A stretch of DNA of 64,000 nt, taken from an uncultured virus (IMG/VR IMGVR_UViG_3300046820_000335). Taxonomy: Duplodnaviria > Heunggongvirae > Uroviricota > Caudoviricetes. The translations under genes were made by a program, and so were the position numbers. The notes beneath the pieces are model-generated. The model was given only the letters and a program-made list of their open reading frames with translations, ran no database searches and had not been told where the DNA came from. Numbering within the stretch: position 1 is the stretch's first letter; each line of letters starts with the position of its first letter. The stretch lies in the IMG/VR virus record IMGVR_UViG_3300046820_000335; one strand, given 5' to 3'. Shown piece after piece: positions 1-9,380 of this stretch.

Positions 1-312
1 ACACAATCACCGGCAGCGAAACCTACGGTATCTAAGACAGCACCAGTAAAAAAATCTGCTCCGGCAGCACAGCCAGCAGCGGCTCCTGCTGAACCAACAG
101 CAGCGCCAGCAACAGCGCCAGCAGCGACTGAACCTGCCCCTGTAAAGAAGCGTGGCGGACGTAAAGCTAAAGCAGCAGCACCAAGTCAAGCAGAGATTGA
201 TGCAGATCGTGATCGTATTATGGGTAACTTTACAGACAGTATCGAACGTCACAAACAACGTATGATAGCTGAAAGTATTAAAGCAGGAACAGCTAGTTTC
301 TTTAAAAAGTAA
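1..312 (+). CDS. 3' end of an Ala/Pro/Lys-rich hypothetical protein (5'-truncated by the window edge)
   Basis: Frame +1 is open from base 1 (TQSPAAKPTVSKTAPVKK...MIAESIKAGTASFFKK) to TAA at 310-312 and is followed directly by a terminator. Missing from the ORF track because its start lies outside the window. Confidence 0.8.
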   Translation, partial: TQSPAAKPTVSKTAPVKKSAPAAQPAAAPAEPTAAPATAPAATEPAPVKKRGGRKAKAAAPSQAEIDADRDRIMGNFTDSIERHKQRMIAESIKAGTASFFKK

Positions 313-338
313 AAAGGGCTCTAAGAGCCCTTTTTTTT
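311..338. terminator. Bidirectional rho-independent terminator
   Basis: AAAAAGGGCTC-TAA-GAGCCCTTTTTTTT hairpin with A and T tracts on either side, between convergent genes. Confidence 0.85.
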
Positions 339-573
339 AGAAGAACGGTAAACCAGTCTTCTTAGTGGTTTCGAGATTTTCTTTTATTATCTCGCCAATT
401 ATTTCTCGTTCTTCCCAACTTAGATGCATGCCTTCAGTATAAGAAAGGCCGCGCATATACCAACAGAGTTTCAATACATCTTTTTTGATGTCCCGAGCCT
501 GCTTGTCAAGTTTTTGAGTTTCCTGTAAGATCTCCGGCAACGGGAGTGTTAAGATCTTACTGCGAAAAAATTT
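337..573 (-). CDS. gp51-like baseplate/tail assembly chaperone segment, probably translated as a -1 frameshift extension of the upstream gp26-like gene
   Basis: Reads KFFRSKILTLPLPE...CWYMRGLSYTEGMHLSWEEREII...LPFF. It overlaps the 3' end of 549..1412 in the -1 frame at the slippery sequence AAATTTTTTC and has no convincing SD-linked start. Confidence 0.6.
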   Translation of the reverse strand, partial: KFFRSKILTLPLPEILQETQKLDKQARDIKKDVLKLCWYMRGLSYTEGMHLSWEEREIIGEIIKENLETTKKTGLPFF

Positions 574-1412
574 GACTGATCCATTGTAACAGGCATTACA
601 AAAGCTGTATCGCACTCTGCACATTTTGCATCTTGTGGAGTAAGTTCTATTTTTCCTTTGAGATCCTGTAGATGTGCAGAGATTTTATCAAATACATCTT
701 TTGGAGCATTGTTAATAAAATCTAGAATCATTTCTTGATCTGTTACAACACCGGCCGGCGACTCTATTTTACTAATACAGGTAGCAATAATATCAACAGT
801 CATTGATGTTATTTTAACAAAACTATCATTGAATCTAGAAATCTTTTCCTCATCTGACATTTTCTCGTCATTGATTACATCAAACACTCTTTGTTGTTCA
901 AGAGTTTTTAAACTGGTCTTAGTAAGTTCTTGATACGTGTATGGTCGGATATGTACAACTAACGGGTCAACAAATATTTGTGATTCGTATCTGAAGTCCG
1001 ATAGACCACCTAGCCAGTTTACTAAGTTTACCCCGTATGAGTTTTCTGCATTACAGTTTGGACAGTTAGTTTCAACTTCCATAACTTCACCGTAGGTAGC
1101 AACACGAATAGCAATCAATACTGCATCAACGTCGATGGTTGGCATTTTCCACGGATCGAGTATTGCAGGAATACAACTTTTAATAACTTCAACCGTGCTT
1201 TGACCGCTCAACAATGCATCAGGAGTCTTAAACATAAGCTCGTCTTTTGCAGTCATTGCAAATACAGGATACTCACCTGTGGCAGAAATGTCTAAACTTC
1301 CTGGTGGATAAAAATCCCCACCACTAGGCAATCTAATATAGATTTTAGGTTGTCTAAAGTAGGATGCTAGTGGGTTTACTTTTTTCTGCGGCGTATTTTG
1401 CAGATCACTCAT
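549..1412 (-). CDS. gp26: T4 gp26-like baseplate hub assembly protein / tail assembly chaperone
   Basis: NPL..YFRQPKIYIRLPS, MTAKDEL, D.DAVLIAIRVATYGE and two CxxC pairs (CPNC, CAEC), ending in NFF. SD (GGAG) and a TATAAATA box lie upstream. Confidence 0.7.
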   Translation of the reverse strand: MSDLQNTPQKKVNPLASYFRQPKIYIRLPSGGDFYPPGSLDISATGEYPVFAMTAKDELMFKTPDALLSGQSTVEVIKSCIPAILDPWKMPTIDVDAVLIAIRVATYGEVMEVETNCPNCNAENSYGVNLVNWLGGLSDFRYESQIFVDPLVVHIRPYTYQELTKTSLKTLEQQRVFDVINDEKMSDEEKISRFNDSFVKITSMTVDIIATCISKIESPAGVVTDQEMILDFINNAPKDVFDKISAHLQDLKGKIELTPQDAKCAECDTAFVMPVTMDQSNFFAVRS

Positions 1413-1422
1413 TTTAATCTCC

Positions 1423-1430
1423 GATAAATA
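1423..1430 (+). promoter_or_regulatory. T4-type late promoter box (GATAAATA)
   Basis: Variant of the T4 late consensus TATAAATA, upstream of 1483..4119; the motif recurs in many intergenic gaps. Confidence 0.6.
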
Positions 1431-1446
1431 TCTTTACTAAGTCGTA

Positions 1447-1454
1447 TATTTATA
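1447..1454 (-). promoter_or_regulatory. T4-type late promoter box (TATAAATA)
   Basis: Exact T4 late consensus on the minus strand, upstream of the gp26-like gene. Confidence 0.7.
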
Positions 1455-1482
1455 TACGCATTTTACTGGATAAAAATAACTC

Positions 1483-4119
1483 ATGGCCGGCGTAACAATA
1501 GACATCCCAGGCATCGGAAACGTAGAAGCTAAAAATGCAGCTTCTGAGGCCACCTTACAAGAAATCCTCAAGGTAATGAAAGCCAATGGGGCTGCTGGTA
1601 AAGGTGGAGGGCAGTCTACGGCCAAACAAAATCTAAATCAGACTCAAGATGCTGGACAGGGCGCTAGTGCAGGCGCTGCTAGCAAGTTTGGAAAAGCGTT
1701 AGGGCAAGCAGTTTATAGCTCTGGAAAGTTTGCCGGCGCAACAGTTGCAGCAACAAAGTCCCTTGTGGGCTTTGGCGCTAGTGCTACAGGACTAATAAGC
1801 GATCTTGCCAATGTTGGGGATAGTTTAACCGCAGCAGCAGGTACCTTTAGTGCTATTCCAATAGTAGGCGGACCGCTGTCTTCTATTTTTACAGCAGTAG
1901 CAGGTGCTGTAGAAAAATCTACGGGTGCATTTCAATCAGCAGCAAAGAGCGGTGCAACATTTGGCGGCAGTATTAATACATTTGCAGCTAGTGCAAGTGC
2001 TGCCGGCATGACTATGGATAAGTTTGGCGCATTGATTAGTAAAAATGCCGATTCAATGGTGATATTAGGCGGTACTACTGAAAGTGGAGCCAAAAGGTTT
2101 GCTGAACTAACCAAACAAATTAGATCTAGCGGTGTAGGTACAGAGTTGTATAACTTAGGATATACAACAGAAGAAGTAAACAGTGGTATGGCCAGCTACA
2201 TTAAACAGATGGGCAATACCGGAAAGCTACAAGGTAAAAGCACGTCCGAAATCGCAGCAGCTAGTGGAAAGTATCTAAAAGAACTAGACGGTCTTGCAAA
2301 GATAACTGGAGAGACTAGAGAAGAAAAAATGAAGGAACAGGAAGCATTGCAAAAAGATGCTCAGTTCCGCGCAGCTACAGCAAACTTAGAACCTGACCAA
2401 AAGGAAATGTTGCAGAACTTTATTACAAGTTTTCCAAAAGCGCAACAGGCCGCAGTTAAAGATATGATTGCAACTGGAAGTATTACCAGTGATGCTGCAT
2501 CAAAAATGAATACGCAGATGGGAGCAGCATCGGCTCAAATTATGCAGTATGGTCAGATTATCAAACAGGGCGGTAAACTTTCCCAACAACAACTTGATGG
2601 TACTTACAAGAGTGCTGTTTTAGAAGCCAAAGCTCGCGCTAAAACAGCAGAGTTTCAAACTATTGGTTCATATGCCTATAGCGAGTTTGGAGATGCTATT
2701 CTAGGTGTAGCAGATCTTGCTGCAAGGGATGCTGATGGTAAAGTTAAGGCTATGAGTGAACAGGAAAAGGCTGCAAAAGGTTCAGCAGCAGTTCAAGAAC
2801 AGGCAAAACAGCGACTAGCAGAGTTGTCAAACTCTTTTACTATGGTATTGGCTAATAGCGGTCTTCTAGACAAAATGATGAAGGCATTTGAAATGCTTTC
2901 TGGATTTGTATCAAACTATGTTGTACCAATCTTTAATGTGTTGAGCACAGTTATTGGAGCCGCCATTGACGGATTGAGCGTGTTGATTACCCCTATCATG
3001 GAAATTGCTAGCTCATTAATGAGTAAACTACAACCGGCATTTTATGCTATTGGTGATTTTATACAAGACAATCTTGTACCTATTATGATAGGTGTTGGTA
3101 CTGCATTAGCAGTTACACTGGCTCCCGCAGTAGTTGCACTGGCTGCGGCAGCATTGACATCAGCTGCATCTATGATAGCAGCAGTATTACCTATTGCAGC
3201 ACCGTTTATTGCTATTGCAGCAACTGTAGGAGCAGCAGTGGCAATATTTAAAAAGATGGGCGGTGATGTTAAGGTTGCAGGTGATTCATTAAAATGGTTA
3301 GGGCTAACATTTAAATCGGTATTCTTAAAAATCAAAGAAGGATTTTTTACCTTATTGAATAAGATACCAGGTATGAGGGGCGACTTTGACGAGGATTTAA
3401 AAGAAATCGCAAAGGAGCAAGAAGCTGCCACAGAAGATAAAGCCAAACTAGAAAAAGAAATGTCTACTAGGATGGAAGAGAATCGCAAGAAAAATGCCGA
3501 GGAAGATGCTAAAAAGGCAAAAGAGCGTGAAAAGCGTGATGCAGGGCTTGCTAAGAAAAGTGACGAAAGAGATAAGAAGCTTCACGATGAAAAGGCCGCA
3601 AGAGCCAAAGCTAGCGAAACTGGTGATACAGAAGTAAAGAAAGATTACTCTGATCCTGAGAATCTACTGAAGCAAGAGTTGACACAGCAGCGCGGTAAAG
3701 AAATCGAAAAGATTACAAAAGAAAAAGAAAAAACTGCTAAAACTTCTGATCCGTCTAGAGAAAAAGAAACTGGACAACCAGTAGCTAAAGCAGAATCTGC
3801 TAAGCCAAAAGAAAAAGCACAAACCGCTAGTACTGCTGAAGCTCCTAGAAAAGAAATGGAAAAGAAAGCTGACGAAGACACTAAGCAAAAACAAGCCGAA
3901 GCTGAGAATAAGAAAATCAAAGAAGAAGCTGAAAAGAAAGCTATTGATAAGGAAAAACAAAAAGAACCGACCACTCAGGAAAGTGCCGAAACCCTGCTTG
4001 CTAGCTTAAATAGTAAGATGGAGCAGCTTATCAAAATTAATAAACTGTCTGTTGATGTAAATGAAAGACAGTTAACCGTGCAGCAGGGCATGAGCGGCGA
4101 CCTTTACGCAGGGGTCTAA
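1483..4119 (+). CDS. Tape-measure-like protein
   Basis: 878 aa, Ala/Gly/Lys-rich and helical-looking, with a hydrophobic central segment (PIMIGVGTALAVTLAPAVVALAAA...) and a charged C-terminus; next to the tail chaperone. Confidence 0.6.
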   Translation: MAGVTIDIPGIGNVEAKNAASEATLQEILKVMKANGAAGKGGGQSTAKQNLNQTQDAGQGASAGAASKFGKALGQAVYSSGKFAGATVAATKSLVGFGASATGLISDLANVGDSLTAAAGTFSAIPIVGGPLSSIFTAVAGAVEKSTGAFQSAAKSGATFGGSINTFAASASAAGMTMDKFGALISKNADSMVILGGTTESGAKRFAELTKQIRSSGVGTELYNLGYTTEEVNSGMASYIKQMGNTGKLQGKSTSEIAAASGKYLKELDGLAKITGETREEKMKEQEALQKDAQFRAATANLEPDQKEMLQNFITSFPKAQQAAVKDMIATGSITSDAASKMNTQMGAASAQIMQYGQIIKQGGKLSQQQLDGTYKSAVLEAKARAKTAEFQTIGSYAYSEFGDAILGVADLAARDADGKVKAMSEQEKAAKGSAAVQEQAKQRLAELSNSFTMVLANSGLLDKMMKAFEMLSGFVSNYVVPIFNVLSTVIGAAIDGLSVLITPIMEIASSLMSKLQPAFYAIGDFIQDNLVPIMIGVGTALAVTLAPAVVALAAAALTSAASMIAAVLPIAAPFIAIAATVGAAVAIFKKMGGDVKVAGDSLKWLGLTFKSVFLKIKEGFFTLLNKIPGMRGDFDEDLKEIAKEQEAATEDKAKLEKEMSTRMEENRKKNAEEDAKKAKEREKRDAGLAKKSDERDKKLHDEKAARAKASETGDTEVKKDYSDPENLLKQELTQQRGKEIEKITKEKEKTAKTSDPSREKETGQPVAKAESAKPKEKAQTASTAEAPRKEMEKKADEDTKQKQAEAENKKIKEEAEKKAIDKEKQKEPTTQESAETLLASLNSKMEQLIKINKLSVDVNERQLTVQQGMSGDLYAGV

Positions 4120-4131
4120 TCAGGATATCAT

Positions 4132-5841
4132 ATGAGTTGGAAAAAGTATTTTACACCAGTAAACGTAGGAAACCAAGCAGGGTCCATGAGTACCCTTGGA
4201 AACGGTGGAGGACGTCCTGGGCCAGCACGATCCAATTATAGTTCATTCTTGCCTGATGTTTATGCAGGTGCACCTAATCGTGTAGAGCGCTATATTCAGT
4301 ATGATACAATGGATATGGACAGCGAAGTCAATGCTGCTTTGGACATTTTAGCTGAGTTCTGTACACAGAAAGATAAAGAAAACTCCACACCGTTTAACAT
4401 GTTCTTCAGAGGACAACCTACAGGAACTGAAGTTAAGTTGTTGAAGGACAGTCTACAAAAATGGGCAAAACAACAGCAGTTTGAAACACGAATATTCCGT
4501 ATTGTTAGAAATGCATTTAAGTACGGAGATTGTTTCTTTATTAGAGATCCGCAAACACAAAAATGGCTCTATGTCGATTCTGCAAAAGTAAGCAAGATCA
4601 TTGTAAACGAAAGCGAAGGTAAAATCCCTGAACAGTATGTAATCAGAGATATCAACTTTAACTTTAAAGATCTAATAGCAGTAACTCCGCACGGCACTTC
4701 TAACACAGCACCAAGCGGTACCAGTTCTTATACCAGTGGTGGTAGTATGGGCCGTGGCATGGTTGGCAATGCATCACAGCCACCTGGCACACGTTTTCAA
4801 AATCAAACAAATGAAATAACTGTTGACTCTAAAAATGTTGTACACATTAGTCTAAGCGAAGGACTAGATAACAACTATCCTTTTGGTAACAGCATTTTAG
4901 AAAGTGTTTTCAAAGTCTACAAGCAGAAAGAATTATTAGAAGATGCGATCATTATCTATCGTATCCAACGTGCTCCAGAACGCCGTATTTTCTATGTCGA
5001 CGTAGGAAACATGCCTGCACACATGGCTATGAGTTTTGTAGAGCGTGTAAAGAACGAAATCCAACAAAGACGTATTCCTAGTGCAACTGGCGGAGGAACT
5101 AGTGTTATTGATGCAAGTTATAATCCGTTAAGCACAAATGAAGATTACTTCTTTCCGCAGACAGCCGAAGGTCGCGGAAGTAAAGTTGAGACGTTACCCG
5201 GTGGTACTAATCTAGGCGAGATTACCGACTTAAGATTCTTTACAAACAAGCTGTTCCGAGCATTGCGTATTCCTGCTGCTTATTTGCCAACGGGTATTGA
5301 AGAAGCAGCTAACACAGTTGCTGATGGTAAGGTAGGAACTGCATATATTCAAGAACTGAGATTCAACGAATACTGTAAGCGTTTACAGTCTATGATTGTT
5401 GAAACTTTTGATCAAGAGTTTAAGTTATGGTTGAACAACTCCGGTATTAATATTGATAACAGCTTGTTTGAACTAAAGTTTAATACTCCACAAAACTTTG
5501 CTGCTTATCGCCAGAGTGAACTTGACAACGCTCGAATAACTAGTTTTACCTCGTTGCAGGAAGTTAAGCACATTAGTAAACGTTTTGCACTAAAGCGTTT
5601 CTTAGGATTAACACAAGAAGAGATTACAGAAAACGAACGTTTATGGAGAGAAGAAAACGGAGATACGCTAAAGTACGAATCAAATAATGCAGGGGATCTA
5701 CGTTCTGTTGGTGTAACGCCTGGTGCTATATCTGCAGATATGAGCGATCAAACAGCAGAAGCTTCGCCAGAAATGGCAGCAGCAGCCGAAGGTGAAGCCG
5801 CAGCAGCAGAAACAGCCCCACCTGAACAACCAACAGCATAA
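4132..5841 (+). CDS. gp20: Portal vertex protein (T4 gp20-like)
   Basis: Hallmark motifs LLEDAIIIYRIQRAPERRIFYVDVGNMP, EDYFFP...GRGSKVETLPGG.NLGEI.D, KLFRALRIP and ELRF. Confidence 0.95.
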   Translation: MSWKKYFTPVNVGNQAGSMSTLGNGGGRPGPARSNYSSFLPDVYAGAPNRVERYIQYDTMDMDSEVNAALDILAEFCTQKDKENSTPFNMFFRGQPTGTEVKLLKDSLQKWAKQQQFETRIFRIVRNAFKYGDCFFIRDPQTQKWLYVDSAKVSKIIVNESEGKIPEQYVIRDINFNFKDLIAVTPHGTSNTAPSGTSSYTSGGSMGRGMVGNASQPPGTRFQNQTNEITVDSKNVVHISLSEGLDNNYPFGNSILESVFKVYKQKELLEDAIIIYRIQRAPERRIFYVDVGNMPAHMAMSFVERVKNEIQQRRIPSATGGGTSVIDASYNPLSTNEDYFFPQTAEGRGSKVETLPGGTNLGEITDLRFFTNKLFRALRIPAAYLPTGIEEAANTVADGKVGTAYIQELRFNEYCKRLQSMIVETFDQEFKLWLNNSGINIDNSLFELKFNTPQNFAAYRQSELDNARITSFTSLQEVKHISKRFALKRFLGLTQEEITENERLWREENGDTLKYESNNAGDLRSVGVTPGAISADMSDQTAEASPEMAAAAEGEAAAAETAPPEQPTA

Positions 5842-5849
5842 GATAAATA
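5842..5849 (+). promoter_or_regulatory. Late promoter box (GATAAATA)
   Basis: Directly after the portal stop codon, 4 nt before the ATG at 5854. Confidence 0.55.
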
Positions 5850-5853
5850 ATAG

Positions 5854-6105
5854 ATGCTCCTAAACGAATTCTTTTCATTTAACAATAATACTAACGACTT
5901 TGCTCAGGATCGTAGATACGATTCTAGCAGAGATAAATCTGTTTTAGAAAAGTCAGATACTAGAAAAGTTAGATTAACGTTGAGACAAATAAATCAACTT
6001 CGTATGCAAAGCGAAGCTCACGATTATGAAAAAGAATCAGAGCAAGGCTTTATTAGACAAATGTATGGAAACGCCGTTGAAGCCGCCGCAGAACAACCAC
6101 AATAA
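5854..6105 (+). CDS. Small head-module protein (hypothetical)
   Basis: 83-aa ORF after the portal; DTRKVRLTLRQINQLR helix; late promoter directly upstream. Confidence 0.75.
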   Translation: MLLNEFFSFNNNTNDFAQDRRYDSSRDKSVLEKSDTRKVRLTLRQINQLRMQSEAHDYEKESEQGFIRQMYGNAVEAAAEQPQ

Positions 6106-6721
6106 CACTGCATTCGTTCTTGGTAATGGACGTAGCAGACTTAGAATAAATCCAGAAACACTGTTAGACAAGGGCACAGTATTTGGGTGCAATGCCCAAT
6201 ATCGTGAGTATGAACCTCACTTCCTTATAGCAGTTGACGTTAAGATGGTTAACGAAATTATCTCGTCCGGATATAACAGAAGCCACCAAGTATGGACTAA
6301 TCCGAATAAAGGTATTAGATCCAAGGACGGTATTAACTTTTTTAATCCTCATAAAGGATGGAGTAGCGGTCCAACAGCATTATGGATGGCTGCTCAACAG
6401 GGACACAAACACATTTTTATTCTTGGGTTTGATTATCAAGGAGTAGACGGAAAGTTTAACAACGTTTACGCAGATACATTTAACTATAAGAAAAGCACAG
6501 ATGCTGCGACCTTTCATGGTAACTGGCTCAGCCAAACTGAGAAAGTTATCAAAGAATTTAAAAATACTCAGTTCTACAGAGTAGTAGAAGATGGTGCATA
6601 TGTTCCAGATAAGCTAGGTCCCCAGTTGTTAAATCTAAGACATATAAGTTTTAGTGAGTTTGAACAAAGATTTCAGAATACTATATATTCCGATCAAAAT
6701 CATCAAAAAACTACCATTTAA
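6065..6721 (+). CDS. Maf/DUF115- or sialyltransferase (GT29/GT42)-like protein
   Basis: AFVLGNGRSR, GCNA.YR, LIAVD and GWSSGPTALWMA...IFILGFD motifs fit this fold. Start uncertain (6026, 6065 or 6077). Confidence 0.55.
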   Translation: METPLKPPQNNHNNTAFVLGNGRSRLRINPETLLDKGTVFGCNAQYREYEPHFLIAVDVKMVNEIISSGYNRSHQVWTNPNKGIRSKDGINFFNPHKGWSSGPTALWMAAQQGHKHIFILGFDYQGVDGKFNNVYADTFNYKKSTDAATFHGNWLSQTEKVIKEFKNTQFYRVVEDGAYVPDKLGPQLLNLRHISFSEFEQRFQNTIYSDQNHQKTTI

Positions 6722-6783
6722 CACCATTTTTTAATCATAGCAGTAAATAAAACGACAGCCTAGTCACCAATAAGGAGAAAAAC

Positions 6784-7614
6784 ATGGCAGACAAGAATAT
6801 TCTTGAGCAGATGCTTGAGCATCTGGTTAATGAAGACCAACAAAAAGCAGAAGAGCTATTCCACGAGTACGTAGTAGCTAAATCACGTGAAATTTATGAA
6901 AGTCTAATCGACGCTGAACTAGATGAAGCAGCAGATGAAGTTGAAGAAGAAGTTGAAGAAGCTTCTGAAGATGAAGAAGCAGAAGACGGCAAAGTTGAAG
7001 AAAACTTTGATGAAGTTGCCTACGAAGGTGACGACGAAATGGGAGGAGACCCAACTGACGATCTAGCAGGTGAGTTAGATGCAGACATGGGCGACGAAGG
7101 TGATAGCGATATGGGCGACAAAGACCCAGAAGAGTTATTCCAAGACCTAGACGCGATCGTTGACGAGTTGCAGGCTAAGTTCGACATGATGAATGGCGAT
7201 GACGATATGGGCGACGAAGGCGATGACGAAGAAGGTGGAAACCCATTTGCTAAAGAAGAAGATTTCGATCTCGAAACTGTACGCGAATACGTAGAAAAAG
7301 TTGCTCCAGCAAAGATGGGTGACAACGGTGCTAACACAAAGAGTATCGTAGCAGGTAAGAATGATATGGGTGGTACAACTGCTAATATTGCTAAGAGCAC
7401 TACAGAAGCAGGTGTTGAAGCAAACAAAGGCCAACTAAAAGGTAACGGTTTGCTAAAAGGTACTCCAAAAGATATGAATACAGGTAATATTAATGTGCCT
7501 GGCGGTAAAGCAGGTAATGCTTTCTCTAAGAAAGAGCCAGGACACGGTGCTGAAAAAGCAGGTTCAAAAGAATCCGCTGAAAACAAGCAAAGCCTTTTCC
7601 GTGGCCGTAGATAA
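6784..7614 (+). CDS. Acidic prohead core / internal head protein
   Basis: Strong SD (TAAGGAG) and GTAAATA box upstream; very D/E-rich N-terminal two thirds and K/G-rich tail; directly before the prohead protease. Confidence 0.65.
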   Translation: MADKNILEQMLEHLVNEDQQKAEELFHEYVVAKSREIYESLIDAELDEAADEVEEEVEEASEDEEAEDGKVEENFDEVAYEGDDEMGGDPTDDLAGELDADMGDEGDSDMGDKDPEELFQDLDAIVDELQAKFDMMNGDDDMGDEGDDEEGGNPFAKEEDFDLETVREYVEKVAPAKMGDNGANTKSIVAGKNDMGGTTANIAKSTTEAGVEANKGQLKGNGLLKGTPKDMNTGNINVPGGKAGNAFSKKEPGHGAEKAGSKESAENKQSLFRGRR

Positions 7615-7626
7615 TAGGACGCAACG

Positions 7627-8259
7627 GTGAAAAAACTTACTCTAGCAGAACACTTGAGTTACGACCAGGCTAAGATTGTCTTGGAGAGTGAAGAAGGTAG
7701 CGATGGTAAAAAATCGCTACACTTAAACGGGATTTGCATCCAAGGAGACATCCGCAATGCAAATCAACGTGTTTATTCTTCTTTAGAGATTGGCAGGGCT
7801 GTCAAGACGCTCAACGAGCAGATCTCTGGCGGATACTCCGTTTGCGGAGAGTTAGATCACCCACAGGATTTAAAAATCAATCTAGATCGTGTTAGTCATA
7901 TGATTACCAAGATGTGGATGGATGGTCCTAACGGCTATGGAAAACTTAAAATCATCCCAACTCCGATGGGTCAGTTAGTTCAGACTATGTTGGAGTCGGG
8001 AGTTAAGTTGGGAGTATCGAGTAGAGGCTCAGGCGAAGTAGATAACAGTGGTAACGTTCAAGGTTTTGAAATTATTACTGTTGATATTGTTGCACAACCT
8101 TCCGCCCCGGGAGCATACCCAACACCAGTATATGAACACTTGATGAATAACACAGGTGGTTATCAGGCATTTAGAATAGCACAAGAAGTTAAAGGCGACC
8201 CACAGGCACAAAAATATATAGCAGAGAGCTTGAAACGAATCATTTCAAGACTCAACTAA
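7627..8259 (+). CDS. gp21: Prohead protease (T4 gp21-like)
   Basis: GICIQGDIRNANQRVY, GELDHP, INLDRVSH, GVKLGVSSRGSG and TVDIVAQPSAPGA motifs; GTG start after SD AGGA. Confidence 0.95.
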   Translation: MKKLTLAEHLSYDQAKIVLESEEGSDGKKSLHLNGICIQGDIRNANQRVYSSLEIGRAVKTLNEQISGGYSVCGELDHPQDLKINLDRVSHMITKMWMDGPNGYGKLKIIPTPMGQLVQTMLESGVKLGVSSRGSGEVDNSGNVQGFEIITVDIVAQPSAPGAYPTPVYEHLMNNTGGYQAFRIAQEVKGDPQAQKYIAESLKRIISRLN

Positions 8260-8274
8260 CAGTAGGAGAATCAC

Positions 8275-9369
8275 ATGCTAGATATCGTAAAACAACTGTT
8301 TGAGAACAATGTGATTTCCGAAGAAATCAAATCGGAAATTGAAAACGCTTGGGAAGGCAGAATTCAAGAAAACCGTGATCAAGTTACAGCACAACTTCGT
8401 GAAGAATTCGCACAAAAGTACGAACACGATAAGTCTGCAATGGTAGAGGCTGTTGAAGCCATGCTAACAGACAGACTACAGTCAGAACTAGGCGAGCTTG
8501 CAGAAGACCGTCAAGGACTTATTGAAGCAAAAGCTCGTTACACAGCTAAGATGACAGAAGATTCCAAAGTTATGGAATCATTTGTTTTATCTAACCTACG
8601 TAAAGAACTAGCTGAACTACACGAAGATCGCAAGACCGTAGCAGAGAATGTCGCAAAATTAGAATCTTTTATTGTGGATGCACTAGCGAAAGAAATCGCA
8701 GAATTCCACAGCGATAAGAAAGACCTAGCTGAAACTAAAGTACGTCTAGTACGTGATAGCAAAGCGAAGTTTGAATCTATCAAGAAAGAGTTTATTACTC
8801 GTTCAGCTAAAGTTGTTGAGAACACAGTTACAAAAGAACTACGTTCAGAAATGACTCAGTTGAAGGAAGACATCGAAGCTGCTCGTCGTAACGATTTTGG
8901 TCGCAGAATTTTTGAAAGCTTCGCAAGTGAATACGCTACAAGCCATCTCAACGAGAAATCAGAGACAGCAAAACTTCTAAAACAAGTTGCTACTAAGCAA
9001 GCTGAGTTAGAAGAAGCAGCAAAGATTGTTGCAGACGCACAAAAACTAGTAGAAAGTAGAAATGCAGAATTACGCATTGCCAAAGATCAAGCCCGTCGCA
9101 AAGAAGTTATGAGCGAATTGCTAGGCCCATTATCTGGAGACAAGCGTTCTGTAATGAACGAACTACTAGAGTCAGTACAAACTGACAAACTACATTCCGC
9201 TTTCGACAAGTACTTACCAGCCGTTATGGATGGTGGTGTACCTGCCAAGAAGGCGTTGACCGAAGGCAAAGAAATTACAGGCAATAAGCAGGCACAAACC
9301 AACAGCGGACAACAAGAAAAAACCGCTGAAATATTTGACATCCGCAGGCTTGCGGGACTAAAAGTTTAA
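8275..9369 (+). CDS. gp22: Prohead core scaffold protein (T4 gp22-like)
   Basis: E/K-rich coiled-coil protein between protease and capsid genes; SD AGGAG. Confidence 0.8.
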   Translation: MLDIVKQLFENNVISEEIKSEIENAWEGRIQENRDQVTAQLREEFAQKYEHDKSAMVEAVEAMLTDRLQSELGELAEDRQGLIEAKARYTAKMTEDSKVMESFVLSNLRKELAELHEDRKTVAENVAKLESFIVDALAKEIAEFHSDKKDLAETKVRLVRDSKAKFESIKKEFITRSAKVVENTVTKELRSEMTQLKEDIEAARRNDFGRRIFESFASEYATSHLNEKSETAKLLKQVATKQAELEEAAKIVADAQKLVESRNAELRIAKDQARRKEVMSELLGPLSGDKRSVMNELLESVQTDKLHSAFDKYLPAVMDGGVPAKKALTEGKEITGNKQAQTNSGQQEKTAEIFDIRRLAGLKV

Positions 9370-9380
9370 GGAGAACTACA

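Noticed and set aside
7..258. Minus-strand Cys/Arg/Trp-rich ORF from the track
   Set aside because: Antisense shadow of the Ala/Pro-rich plus-strand gene that ends at 312.
3042..9341. Minus-strand ORFs (3042..3488, 3645..3974, 7020..7586, 8538..8825 and others)
   Set aside because: They lie opposite well-supported genes, have S/F/L-rich shadow composition and lack SD or promoter signals. The same applies to the short nested ORFs elsewhere in the window.
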